A stretch of 64,000 nt of DNA from a virus (Duplodnaviria; Heunggongvirae; Uroviricota; Caudoviricetes), in IMG/VR virus record IMGVR_UViG_3300012347_000377, positions 64,001 through 128,000 of that record; one strand, written 5' to 3'. This document shows positions 37,001 through 46,448 of the stretch, in pieces. The notes beneath the pieces were generated by a model. The model had not been told where the DNA came from. It made no database searches and was given only the letters and a program-made list of their open reading frames with translations. Position 1 is the stretch's first letter; each line of letters starts with the position of its first letter. The translations under genes were made by a program, and so were the position numbers.

Positions 37001-39613
37001 ACAGGTTCATTATCACAATCTGCAAGTGGTTCTGCATTAATCAGTTATATTAATTCGGAAGGAACACCCGATTCTCAAACTATTAATTTTAGTATCGGTG
37101 TAGCAGCACAAGGTGTGGATGGTTCAAACGGAGCTCCTGGTGTTGTTGTATCAACTCCACCATCACAAATTGTGACACGAAGTAATACAGGAGTTTACGG
37201 AACACCTACGTCAATTTCAGTTTCCGTAGTTGAGGGTAATACCATATATCCATATGATAATTCATCACCATATACTTCTGGTAGTTTTTATATCTCGAAC
37301 GTAGTAAATGGAACTAATAACAATAACAAAACATTAACTCCAACTACACCAACAACACCTTCGGGTATCGTTACAACATTTGATGTAAATTATACTACAT
37401 CAACCGGAGTTCAAGTATCAGTTCCACAAACTCATTCAGTTTTAGTGACATTGGATGGACAGACTGGTCCTGGTGTTGTTCATACTGGGCCATGGGTTGA
37501 AGGTAGAGCTTATCAATTTAGTACGGGAGCAGGAACAGGTCGAAGAGATGTGGTATTATATCCTGCAAGTGGGACTGGAACTTATTATGCAGCAACACAA
37601 CAACATACATCTACTGCAACGGGTGTAACTGGTCCACCAACGGTTGGTTCTTATTGGGAATCACTTGGTTCGGAAGATTTATTCGTAGCAGCTAAAATTG
37701 GTTTGTTTGAAGATTCATATGTTCAGAGCACATTAAATATTGGAACTAACAACAATGGTGGAGTTTCATCGGCAAACATAACACTTTCGGGTGGAACTGC
37801 CTATCCATATTTTTCATTGGGACAGACAGTAGCTGGAGTTTATAACGCTAATGGTATATACATTGGTAGTGATAGTGGTGTGTATAAAATGTCGTTAAAA
37901 TCCGCTACAAACTCTCTAACTTGGGATGGTTCTACTTTAGGTATTGTGGGAACGATTACTATTAAAAATCCAGCAACTGCTAATGATGGAGGTAAAGTTG
38001 GTTCATTTAGTAATGGGGATTCACATAACTCAGGTGATGTAGGTGGATGGACACTTTCTGCTAATGCAATATATAGAGGAACAATTGGTTCAGATAATAA
38101 TTACACTACTAACGCAGGAGATATAACGTTAGGTGCAGGTTGGATTTCTGCAAAAGAATTCAAAATATCATCTGCTGGGGCTGCATCATTCAAAGGTGCA
38201 TTATCTGCTCCAAGTGGAAACATTGGTGGATTCTCAATTGGTGGTAGTCAATTTTATACAGGTACAAAATCATCATATGCATCAAACGCAGCCGGAGTTT
38301 ATTTAGGTAATGATGGAATTGCATTAGGAACAAATTCACCATTCAAAGTAGATTCAAATGGTAATTTAACTGCAACTGCTGTAAATATAACCGGAGCAGT
38401 AACTGCAACAAGTGGAACATTTACTGGAACTATTTATGCAAATGATGGTATTTTCGCAGGAAACTTATCAGCAGCATCAGGTTCATTTGGTGGTTCACTA
38501 ACGGTAAATACCGGATATATTGGTGGTTGGGCTATTGGTCCAAATACATTATCATCAAATAACAATGCTATTGTTTTAGATTCAGCTACAAAAACAATTA
38601 CCTTAAACGATTCGGGTAATGCACCTCGTGTTTTAATTAATCAAAATAATACGTTTGGTAGTTTAAGTGGAACATATTCAAATAGTGGAACGTATAATGG
38701 TCCTACTGATGGAACTAGCTATTATCATAGTGCTACAATTACAACTACGATAGATAATGCTGCATTAGTATCTACCAATGGTAAAACTTATTCATTCTCT
38801 TTAACGGATACTTCATCGGGTACTGCTTTTTATATTCCAAATGGTGGTGGATATACAATATATCAGGTTGCTTATAATTACTGGTATACGTTGGAAAGCA
38901 CTACAACCCCATCTCTAAAATATTATGTAGGTCAAAGTAGTGCTACATTTTACGGACCTCAATCAGGTGCAGTATCTGGTTATTATGGAAGTAATGGATA
39001 TAATCAAACTATTACCATCACTGGAAATGGTGATACGTTTAAATTAGTTCAAAATATAAGTATTTCTATATTTTCTACTTACCAATCGGGTGTTTATATA
39101 AATTCATCATATAGACCCGATGCAACTTGGTCAACTGCTGAAGTGAATTCATTTGTGGAAATTATCGCAGGTGGTATTCAGGTTGGTAGAGATTCATCAA
39201 AATATGTAAAGATGGATAGAAATGCAGGAACGGGAACAATGTTAGAAGTTGGTGGTGCTATAACTGCTACTGGTAACATCACTGCCTTTTATACATCGGA
39301 TAAACGATTAAAAGAAAATATAATTCCAATTGAAAATGCATTGGATAAAATTGATAAAATAAATGGAGTTGAATTTGATTGGACAGATGAATTTATTGAT
39401 ACTGAAAGTGGTGGTAAAGGTGAAGATGGATTCTTTTTCAGAAAACATGATATTGGTATAATTGCACAAGAAATCAACGAAGTTCTACCCGAAGCGGTTG
39501 GAACTAGAGATGATGGGTATATGGCCGTTAGATATGAAAAAGTAGTTCCACTACTTATTCAAGCTATAAAGGAATTGAAAACTGAAATTAAAGAGTTAAA
39601 AGAAAACCGATAA
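34076..39613 (+). CDS. large tail fibre/spike with C-terminal peptidase S74 intramolecular chaperone
   Basis: Ser/Thr/Gly-rich beta body, repeated G-x-I/V-GG-W/F-x-I/L, TSDKRLKENI...GIIAQE...VRYEKVVPLLIQAIKEL from 39296. Confidence 0.85.
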   Translation: MAIIKSYSPFLNLSNYSTFLVDNNSTSEYFRISDLKETLTGGKNGFLIEGSEYLKETTEIKIEILDVNGNPIYFEPGNGIPEYYEGLSKLIAVHVYEDTPIGIGKITILGELKTYVSPNGLVLPIPSEWQGTYNVKWERTFQINKNLNNETIVRFYKRPTISIDELVKPIFSKTIPTITQSGSVSGISEIPTAGSNINNWGAGTLYKLKIEDNSNWTSSVDENIISIPSLGYSATVKEVLNNKEILVNIPYTTGSIVSDFPPTPYTTSFEYVEGQIVGESALTGSFAKINIQQLKTFVGDVARVKVYRKSRNDVGDYQFVQESKLEASELLRDITSTLDTDISYGNFTDSNLSTYWVTSSNDHPTSLNVDILNASVKVDYNSGVGGVQQLITSESFNVSKDVEYTLSFKTLLSGSIDGQKTLKAYFSSSDYQQTFLTVSGSDIYKTRQSISQNILATNTSNAKLVLEFSGDDWYVSNVSLQNAQETSFSPDEFTIVQEIPRNIPVETFDFRFEFYDINNNYIPVVVNSTKTFTGGNNFLASTKFLSFASDRTAFRFSTGSFANPPYQSLHLSTQRNGLTGSVFFYSSAYDMLGNWIDPVNYSASGTLEYGVNWPNQIQYPGGITNQGDGGGLLHIHDFSGSLDYSGSVNTIRVGSIVYTASCEGLNEYETIYRFEDGDNAPSLFVNSNTNQFIYKATDLSLNPSGQNIIVQAKRKNLASTTTPITINSGSGKPGLTHLSDDPTTGVSTYQLSGTSYPYIAGETTYEFTGSDQFGNNFSDIVKITPVKILDGLSVSLSNENATLPALSTGFVSSGSFGLTTGSVSVKVGGETITHSNGLIVSNSFDIISAIPSNVLTGSLDYSTADYYITRLDSDTGSLELNIRYKDGYGDTTDVSKIVSYSKAKKTPPIISVFGNPQSQTITSGSLSGIGTPLPINVSVKEGSSNYTYGNGTNKFTISNVSAYFSQSGQTADIIYTGSLSQSASGSALISYINSEGTPDSQTINFSIGVAAQGVDGSNGAPGVVVSTPPSQIVTRSNTGVYGTPTSISVSVVEGNTIYPYDNSSPYTSGSFYISNVVNGTNNNNKTLTPTTPTTPSGIVTTFDVNYTTSTGVQVSVPQTHSVLVTLDGQTGPGVVHTGPWVEGRAYQFSTGAGTGRRDVVLYPASGTGTYYAATQQHTSTATGVTGPPTVGSYWESLGSEDLFVAAKIGLFEDSYVQSTLNIGTNNNGGVSSANITLSGGTAYPYFSLGQTVAGVYNANGIYIGSDSGVYKMSLKSATNSLTWDGSTLGIVGTITIKNPATANDGGKVGSFSNGDSHNSGDVGGWTLSANAIYRGTIGSDNNYTTNAGDITLGAGWISAKEFKISSAGAASFKGALSAPSGNIGGFSIGGSQFYTGTKSSYASNAAGVYLGNDGIALGTNSPFKVDSNGNLTATAVNITGAVTATSGTFTGTIYANDGIFAGNLSAASGSFGGSLTVNTGYIGGWAIGPNTLSSNNNAIVLDSATKTITLNDSGNAPRVLINQNNTFGSLSGTYSNSGTYNGPTDGTSYYHSATITTTIDNAALVSTNGKTYSFSLTDTSSGTAFYIPNGGGYTIYQVAYNYWYTLESTTTPSLKYYVGQSSATFYGPQSGAVSGYYGSNGYNQTITITGNGDTFKLVQNISISIFSTYQSGVYINSSYRPDATWSTAEVNSFVEIIAGGIQVGRDSSKYVKMDRNAGTGTMLEVGGAITATGNITAFYTSDKRLKENIIPIENALDKIDKINGVEFDWTDEFIDTESGGKGEDGFFFRKHDIGIIAQEINEVLPEAVGTRDDGYMAVRYEKVVPLLIQAIKELKTEIKELKENR

Positions 39614-41766
39614 TGGGAACTATAAAATCTTCGGGTGAACTTAGTTTTGATGATTTGAATATCGCATTAAATCAAAGTGCAGGAGCACAAATTGATTTAG
39701 ATTCATCTGCAACAAAATTAAATTTAGCTAAACCACATAGTATGGATGAATTTTATGGGAAAACTTACAATGGTCCGTTTACATTTACTACTGCCGGTTT
39801 AACCGGATTTAGAGTAGATTCAAATGGTGGAGTTACCGGTCCTACTATTACAAAAGGTAGTATAAAAAGTATTACATATGCATCGGGATATTCAAATGGA
39901 TATTTTCCATTAGTAGATACAAATACTACAAGAACTGCAGTGGTAGTAGTAAATATCCCAGCTGGTTATACCAATTCCGGAACAGTTAGTGGAACTTTAA
40001 CAACTACCCAACAAGCAGCACCGGTATTTTCATATAGTATGTGGACTGGTAATGTATCGGTTGCTAGTAATGGTCTTGTGATTTATAATTTAGGAAACGC
40101 TGCAGGTATTGGATTTAATTCACCATCCTCATATTATACGGTCGGAGTAAATACCCAACGAACTATAAACATTCAACTAACAATTCCAAGTGGTTATTAT
40201 AATGCAGGACAACAGACATCTCCACAAGATGTAGTAGTTACACAACCACCTGCAACATTTACAATGGGTGATTGGACAGGTGATGTATCGATTGATAAAT
40301 ATGGTTCTATTAGTTACTCATTGGGTAATGCTACTTCATTTTCACCATCACCAACTTCTTTTGCAGAAGTTGCAAGTTCAACATCGAGATTGATTTCGGT
40401 TACAATTGGAATACCATCATCACCAAATGCATACACTAATAGTGGTGGAACAATTACGTTTGATGTTGGTAAAGTTCAACCTGCTACGGATGAATACATC
40501 CGTTTGACCGATGCCAATGGAAATGATATTACAAATGTATATAATTTAAGTGGACAAGGAACATCTTATACTTTATATGTAAAAACATCACCGGTTTGGA
40601 ATACTTCGTGGGAAATATCAGATGATTCTAGTTGGGCATTTGCACCAACCACTACTTCGGGTCAAGGAAACGGAAGTTTTGTATATGTTTTAAATCCAAA
40701 CTATGAGGGTGAAGGTGGGTATAATGGAAACGCTAGAAGTGTTACAATAACCGCATCAAAAGTAGGTGGAGGTGTTTCAGATTCAGCAACACTTAGTCAA
40801 GATGTGGGAACACCACCTGCAGTAATCCCATCCGTTTCAATTACAACACCAAACGATATTGCATATAACTCATATGGGTCTTACAACTATATGACAGTTA
40901 CTGCAAACGTAAATGGGGGAACAACCCCATCAACTGCTGAAATATCAATGAATGGTGGTGGTGATTTTGCATTCATTGCAATAGATTCAAATGTGGAAGT
41001 ATTAAATCCATATGGTAATATTTGGACTGCATATGCAAATAATGCAGGAGTTGGGTCTTTTCAAGTTGGTGTATATGCTATAAATAATAATAGTTCTGGT
41101 GCTAATAAAACCGCCACAATTACATTTAGAGCATCAAATAGTGCAGGACAAGGTAGTGCATCTTCGGTAGTTACTCAAACTTTTCCAGTGGTATTCAGTA
41201 TAAGTCCATCATCATTTGTAATTAATTCTGATGGTGGTAACCAAACAATATCAATAACAACTTCACCTTCTTCAATGGCCTGGAGTGTGGGTGATGATCA
41301 AGGTTGGATTACACCATCTTCTACTTATGGAACTGGTACTACAAATATAAATGTTGCAATTGAATCATATTCCGATACTAGCACAAATCGAAGTGGAACT
41401 ATAACAATAACACCACAAAGTGGATATGGATTACAACCAGTTGGGTTAGTAGTAACTCAAACAAAAGCATCAAGTGGAGGAGGGAATCCTACACCTGATT
41501 ATAGTTTCAGTATTGCAGCTGATAGTGGTGATGGTTCATGTTCAAGTTATACAAATGGAGATACATTCCTAATATACACCTACATTTATTTGGGTTCATT
41601 ACAAAGCGGACAAACTTATTATAACTCCGATGGTTCAGTATTCAATGGATATAATACTGCTTACTCCGATGGTTCAGTATATGGTTCAATAGATTCAAGT
41701 GGATACTTTACTTATTATGGAGATTGTTCGGGTGATGGGGGTGTAATACTCGGTCCGATTAATTAA
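39613..41766 (+). CDS. tail-fibre-associated adhesin with three tandem repeats and BACON domains
   Basis: N-terminal SSGELSF...SMDEFYG anchor; three 76-81-aa repeats 39778-40485; BACON-like SWEISDDSSW and AWSVGDDQGWIT...NRSGTITIT. Confidence 0.7.
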   Translation: MGTIKSSGELSFDDLNIALNQSAGAQIDLDSSATKLNLAKPHSMDEFYGKTYNGPFTFTTAGLTGFRVDSNGGVTGPTITKGSIKSITYASGYSNGYFPLVDTNTTRTAVVVVNIPAGYTNSGTVSGTLTTTQQAAPVFSYSMWTGNVSVASNGLVIYNLGNAAGIGFNSPSSYYTVGVNTQRTINIQLTIPSGYYNAGQQTSPQDVVVTQPPATFTMGDWTGDVSIDKYGSISYSLGNATSFSPSPTSFAEVASSTSRLISVTIGIPSSPNAYTNSGGTITFDVGKVQPATDEYIRLTDANGNDITNVYNLSGQGTSYTLYVKTSPVWNTSWEISDDSSWAFAPTTTSGQGNGSFVYVLNPNYEGEGGYNGNARSVTITASKVGGGVSDSATLSQDVGTPPAVIPSVSITTPNDIAYNSYGSYNYMTVTANVNGGTTPSTAEISMNGGGDFAFIAIDSNVEVLNPYGNIWTAYANNAGVGSFQVGVYAINNNSSGANKTATITFRASNSAGQGSASSVVTQTFPVVFSISPSSFVINSDGGNQTISITTSPSSMAWSVGDDQGWITPSSTYGTGTTNINVAIESYSDTSTNRSGTITITPQSGYGLQPVGLVVTQTKASSGGGNPTPDYSFSIAADSGDGSCSSYTNGDTFLIYTYIYLGSLQSGQTYYNSDGSVFNGYNTAYSDGSVYGSIDSSGYFTYYGDCSGDGGVILGPIN
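41624..41680. repeat. 18-bp exact direct repeat ACTCCGATGGTTCAGTAT
   Basis: Copies at 41624-41641 and 41663-41680, 39-bp in-frame period. Confidence 0.8.
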
Positions 41767-41814
41767 ATATAAAATTTTGATTATCTAAAAAAATATCAAT
41801 AATTTAGAAAAAAT

Positions 41815-41823
41815 ATATTTATA
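41815..41823 (+). promoter_or_regulatory. putative late promoter ATATTTATA
   Basis: 22 nt before ATG 41846. Confidence 0.65.
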
Positions 41824-41845
41824 TATAGAGTAAAAACTATATATT

Positions 41846-43042
41846 ATGACAAAAGTAGTCGGAGAATCATTACAAACATTAAAAGAAAATTTAGTTGATT
41901 ATTTTGAAAATAAACAAGAAATTGATACGGATGATATTGCCCGAATCTTAAATGAATTTACCGATACTGAAGACCGTTTATATACTGAAAATGGATTACG
42001 AAAACATCAACAAAGAGTATTAATAACAACTGGTGCTGGAAACACAATTGTTGGTGGTGCTGATATCTGGGTAAATTACTTTTTAGAACACGTATGGCCG
42101 AATTTACCAATGAAAAAGACTTGGAAATTACTAATCGATTCCAAACGACCATTAAATTTTAATGAAAAATCACTACCAAGAGGTTTAGTTTTTCATTTTC
42201 ACGGAGATGATCCTGATAAAACGGAACAATGGTTAGAAACTGCGATGGAGATTCATGTTTTACACCCACACTATCATAAGAGAGAACATATTTGGAAATG
42301 GGAAGATAAATTTAATTCAGTATTCGTGCATGCATATGCTAAAGATTTAGTTGATGTATTAAATAAAATACCAGAATTAAACTTATTACAAACTCAAACT
42401 AAAATAGATGCTGAATTTTACGATGATTACATTGCAACGTTTAAAAAAAGAATTTGGATTGGAAATAATACTACTTCAATGATTGAAAAATTTCCAAACT
42501 ATACTTACAATATTCCAAACTTTTATGAGTTCAAACATAATGTAAATTTAACTACTCATATAGATAATGGTAAAGTTGGATTTGCATCGAGAGCTGAGAC
42601 TAGGAAATGTTTACATTGGTTAAATGATCATGAGGGATTTGCTTTAACATCTCAACATGATGTTAAAAATTTAAGAGATACTACTACTTATACTTTCAAA
42701 AATATAGATTTTTACCAATGGGACCCTGAAATTCATCATCAATTTATGTTGAAAAATTGGGGTATATTTCACGGAGCATATTTCCAAGAACCATTTGGAT
42801 ATTCCATATTCCAAGCGGTTGATTATGGAAAATTACCAATAATTAACAAAGATTGGGCACCCGAATTAGATTACAAATATAGGGTAGCTACAAAAAATGA
42901 ATTTGACAAATGTATTAAGACTATTTTGAAAGATTCATATGAAACAAGATTAAATGAATTCAATAAGATAAAAACTTATATGAAAAAATTCGATAATCGT
43001 AATGAGTGGGCAGATAAGGTTCGTAGTATTTTATTAAACTAA
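41846..43042 (+). CDS. GT-B fold glycosyltransferase (GT4-like)
   Basis: GFASR..TRK, EPFGYSIFQAVDYGKLPII. Confidence 0.7.
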   Translation: MTKVVGESLQTLKENLVDYFENKQEIDTDDIARILNEFTDTEDRLYTENGLRKHQQRVLITTGAGNTIVGGADIWVNYFLEHVWPNLPMKKTWKLLIDSKRPLNFNEKSLPRGLVFHFHGDDPDKTEQWLETAMEIHVLHPHYHKREHIWKWEDKFNSVFVHAYAKDLVDVLNKIPELNLLQTQTKIDAEFYDDYIATFKKRIWIGNNTTSMIEKFPNYTYNIPNFYEFKHNVNLTTHIDNGKVGFASRAETRKCLHWLNDHEGFALTSQHDVKNLRDTTTYTFKNIDFYQWDPEIHHQFMLKNWGIFHGAYFQEPFGYSIFQAVDYGKLPIINKDWAPELDYKYRVATKNEFDKCIKTILKDSYETRLNEFNKIKTYMKKFDNRNEWADKVRSILLN

Positions 43043-43048
43043 CTCAAT

Positions 43049-43096
43049 ATATTTATATATATTTATATACGTTTGAAACAAACTTGCATACTTATA
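43049..43096 (+). promoter_or_regulatory. cluster of late promoter motifs
   Basis: ATATTTATA at 43049 and 43059, ATACTTATA at 43088. Confidence 0.55.
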
Positions 43097-43109
43097 ATAA
43101 AGGGGGTAG

Positions 43110-43200
43110 GGGGTTAGCTACTAAGCTTAATAACTACTACACTTTTACTTATACTATTTTAATAATACTTATTTAACTATAAGCTAGTAATACTAACCTC
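43110..43200 (+). other. predicted long imperfect stem-loop in the leader of the methyltransferase gene
   Basis: GGGGTTAG/CTAACCTC, TACT/AGTA, AGCTTA/TAAGCT paired by eye. Confidence 0.45.
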
Positions 43201-43205
43201 GATTA

Positions 43206-43976
43206 ATGGAGCCACTCTACAAACTGGATTATCTTCGAAATAATCTTACGAACAATTTAGAATTTAACGAATCTCACGAAGAAGAATATTCACCTGTCCC
43301 ATATCGTTGGTCTCATGGAGCAACTGATTTACACTTAGGAGATGGGTTGATTGTTTATTCACTAATTCAGTATATGCGAGCTAAGAATTGTGTATGTTTA
43401 GGTAGTGGTGGTGGATTCATTCCTCGTTTAATGACTCAAGCTAGAGTTGATTTATACGAAGCCAAAATCTTTGAAGGTAATGGTGATTACAATTGGGGTG
43501 ATATTGGTGCAACATTTGTAGTTGATGCGATGAACGGAGTTGGCGGTCATGTAAATTGGTCAAGAGAAGAATCATTTTTTAGAAGAACGTTCCATCCACG
43601 TATTATTACCAAAACTACTGAAGAAGCATTTCACAATTTTTTTGTATTAAACGATATTCAGATTGATTACTTACATATCGATGCAGGTCATTCATATGAG
43701 GATGTGAAAAATGATTTCGAAATGTATTCACAACTTCTTTCACCAAATGGTATTATTTCAATACATGATACAGACCCAAATTATGGTGATAAATACATTA
43801 TAACAAATGAAGTAAAAGATAGGGGTGATTTTGATGATTGGCATGGACCAATTAAATTTGCTAAAGAACTTAAAGATAATTCAGATTGGGAAACATTTGA
43901 TTTATTTAATTTTGGAATACAAAAAAATAAACCAGCATCAACTGGTCTAACACTTGTTAGAAGATGTCAAAAATAA
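43206..43976 (+). CDS. class I SAM-dependent methyltransferase (Methyltransf_24-like)
   Basis: CLGSGGG, IDYLHIDAGHSYEDVKND, NGIISIHDT. Confidence 0.88.
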   Translation: MEPLYKLDYLRNNLTNNLEFNESHEEEYSPVPYRWSHGATDLHLGDGLIVYSLIQYMRAKNCVCLGSGGGFIPRLMTQARVDLYEAKIFEGNGDYNWGDIGATFVVDAMNGVGGHVNWSREESFFRRTFHPRIITKTTEEAFHNFFVLNDIQIDYLHIDAGHSYEDVKNDFEMYSQLLSPNGIISIHDTDPNYGDKYIITNEVKDRGDFDDWHGPIKFAKELKDNSDWETFDLFNFGIQKNKPASTGLTLVRRCQK

Positions 43977-44815
43977 ATTTAGTTACGGTTGTAGGTCATA
44001 ATATTACTATGTTGCCTCATATGCTGAATCACTATAAAGATATAGTTGATGAGGTATATGTTGTAGTTTATAGACAATCTGAAAACGATGGTATATTAAA
44101 AGAAATTACTGATTTGGGTATTACACCTTATATGGTTGTCACCGAACCTAAATTTAATTGGGAACGTGTTACTGATTTATATAATTTAGTAAAATCTACA
44201 AAACCAAATGAGTGGTGGATTGTATCAGATGATGATGAACTTCAAATTTACCCAAAACCACTTAAAGAAATGATTTCCGAATGTGAAGAAAACGGATGGG
44301 AATTTATTACAGGTGGGTTTTTAGATAGAATCGGTGAAGGTGGTGAATTTCCAAAAGTAACCCCAACCTCTAACGTTTGGAAATTATTCGGTAATGCTGG
44401 ATTTTTCAGGTATCCATTGAGTGGTGCATGTCCTAACAAAGTATGTGTAATGAAAGGTTCGGTTAATGTAACACCTGGTCAACATTATGTAGATTTTGGT
44501 GATGGAACTAATAGTTGGGGTAAATACAATATTAAACATAAAAAACGCTACCCCGTTGGTAGAGGTGAAGGATTAATACAAGTTCATCATTTTAAATGGG
44601 ATTCAACGGTTTTAGAACGTTTGAAGGAAGTAGCCGAAACAAAGGAGGATTATACCTTTTGGCAAGAATATCAAAAAATGTATAAAGCAATCGAAAATAA
44701 TGATTGGAAAATTGATATGAGTAATTCCGAATTTAAAATGGAATGGATGCTTCATAATTCACATTGGGATTATTCTAAATGGGATAGTTTATCAAGAATA
44801 ATTGTTCAAATTTAA
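43964..44815 (+). CDS. GT-A fold glycosyltransferase (GT2-related)
   Basis: LPHMLNHY, WWIVSDDDEL, HHFKW. Confidence 0.75.
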   Translation: MSKINLVTVVGHNITMLPHMLNHYKDIVDEVYVVVYRQSENDGILKEITDLGITPYMVVTEPKFNWERVTDLYNLVKSTKPNEWWIVSDDDELQIYPKPLKEMISECEENGWEFITGGFLDRIGEGGEFPKVTPTSNVWKLFGNAGFFRYPLSGACPNKVCVMKGSVNVTPGQHYVDFGDGTNSWGKYNIKHKKRYPVGRGEGLIQVHHFKWDSTVLERLKEVAETKEDYTFWQEYQKMYKAIENNDWKIDMSNSEFKMEWMLHNSHWDYSKWDSLSRIIVQI

Positions 44816-44823
44816 AAAAAAAT

Positions 44824-44832
44824 ATATTTATA
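44824..44832 (+). promoter_or_regulatory. putative late promoter ATATTTATA
   Basis: 25 nt before ATG 44858. Confidence 0.65.
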
Positions 44833-44857
44833 TATACAATTAATAAACAAAAAAGTT

Positions 44858-45055
44858 ATGGCAAAATTAGATGAAAGTCAACAAATTTTAGAAGAGAGAA
44901 AGATTAAAGCATTAGAAAAAATTGCTAACTCTCTTGATGCATTGACAATTTGGTTTGAGGAAATTGATAAGGATGAGTGGAGTAATCGTATTCAGTATTA
45001 CTTATCAGAATGGCATCAAACTACCAAACCAAAAGACCCAACTATAAATGGCTAA
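44858..45055 (+). CDS. small hypothetical protein
   Basis: 65-aa ORF with promoter motif, coupled to next gene. Confidence 0.6.
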   Translation: MAKLDESQQILEERKIKALEKIANSLDALTIWFEEIDKDEWSNRIQYYLSEWHQTTKPKDPTING

Positions 45056-46448
45056 ATTAGGAATAATCGTTCCTTACCGAAATAGACATGAACATTTAGC
45101 AGTATTTAATCGAACTATTTCAAAATATCTAAATAATACGGATATTGATTATAAAATAATAATAGTTCAACAAGATGATGCTAAATTATTTAATCGTGGA
45201 ATGTTACTTAATATCGGTTTTACTTTTGCAAAAAAGTATCATTGTGATTATGTAGTATTCCACGATATAGATATGATTCCATTGGAAGTGGATTATACTT
45301 ACTCACCAAATCCTATACATCTTGCTACTGATTTTGAAGTAGAAACCACCGAAAAAATGAGAGAATCATTTGATACTTATTTTGGTGGAGTAACGATGTT
45401 TTCAGTTGAAGACTTTGAAAAAATAGATGGATATTCAAACAAATATTGGGGATGGGGATTTGAAGATGATGATTTATTTTTGAGATGTAAAAATGAAAAT
45501 ATAGGAATTCAAACCACAGAACTTAAAAATATTGTAAATAATAAAAGTGTATTGAAATTTAATGGAGTTGATGCATATGTTAAATCAAAAAATCCAATTA
45601 ATTTTTCTGAAGATTTTTCAATAACAATTTGTTTCGAACCAAACGATATAAAGTTAGATCATACCAAACAATCAGATGAATTTACTATATTTAGTATTCC
45701 TGGTTATGATTTTGCAATATCATACACTTCTTTTAATAGATACAATTTTTGTGTATTCGATTCAACTAAAAAAGCAATATATCTAAATAGTGAAATACTA
45801 CCAACGTATAGAACTAATATTACTTTAACTTACGATTCAGCATCAACTACAATTAAAATGTATCAAGATGCTAAATTTATTGGAGAAACTACCGAAATTA
45901 GAAGATTCTATCCAACTTATAGGAAAGAAGAATTTATGTATTTGGGAGTTGGTAATCCTAATAGAGAAATAATTCCAAATTGGTTTAAAGGATATTTTGA
46001 ATATTTTGCATATTATGATAGAATTTTAACAGATACAGAAATACAATCGATAGTTGAAAGTAAAACAAATATACCAACTGATAATTTACAATTACATTAT
46101 GATTCTGAATTTATTGATAATTACCATTTAACTGATTTATCAAATAATGATAATAATGGTAAAATTATTAAATGTGAAATTGTAAAAACGGAAACCAACC
46201 CATACACCATCATTCAGATTCCACATAGACGAAAATCATTATTTAAATCATTAAAACATGAAGAAAACGGATTTGTTGGAAATGGGTGGAAAAGTGAAGT
46301 TACACGCTGGAATCAACTTAGATTTACAAACGAAGTAACTGAAAATTTAGAATTATTAAAAAACGATGGATTATCGACACTTCAGTTTGTAGTTCATGGA
46401 ATTGAAAAAATAGATAAACACATAGAAATTGTAAACGTAGGTATATAA
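45048..46448 (+). CDS. GT7 (beta-1,4-galactosyltransferase-like) with inserted LamG domain
   Basis: IIVPYRNR, FNRGMLLNIG, FHDIDMIP, YFGGV, GYSNKYWGWGFEDDDL; LamG about 45549-46170. Confidence 0.85.
   Translation: MAKLGIIVPYRNRHEHLAVFNRTISKYLNNTDIDYKIIIVQQDDAKLFNRGMLLNIGFTFAKKYHCDYVVFHDIDMIPLEVDYTYSPNPIHLATDFEVETTEKMRESFDTYFGGVTMFSVEDFEKIDGYSNKYWGWGFEDDDLFLRCKNENIGIQTTELKNIVNNKSVLKFNGVDAYVKSKNPINFSEDFSITICFEPNDIKLDHTKQSDEFTIFSIPGYDFAISYTSFNRYNFCVFDSTKKAIYLNSEILPTYRTNITLTYDSASTTIKMYQDAKFIGETTEIRRFYPTYRKEEFMYLGVGNPNREIIPNWFKGYFEYFAYYDRILTDTEIQSIVESKTNIPTDNLQLHYDSEFIDNYHLTDLSNNDNNGKIIKCEIVKTETNPYTIIQIPHRRKSLFKSLKHEENGFVGNGWKSEVTRWNQLRFTNEVTENLELLKNDGLSTLQFVVHGIEKIDKHIEIVNVGI

Noticed and set aside
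34076-41766. Diversity-generating retroelement target in fibre genes
   Set aside because: No reverse transcriptase or adenine-variant template repeat seen in the window; only an 18-bp exact repeat
43071-43083. GTTTGAAAC resembling a CRISPR repeat end
   Set aside because: Single copy, no repeat-spacer periodicity, no cas genes
43102-43113. G-quadruplex at GGGGGTAGGGGG
   Set aside because: Only two G runs; pairing with 43193-43200 explains part of it better
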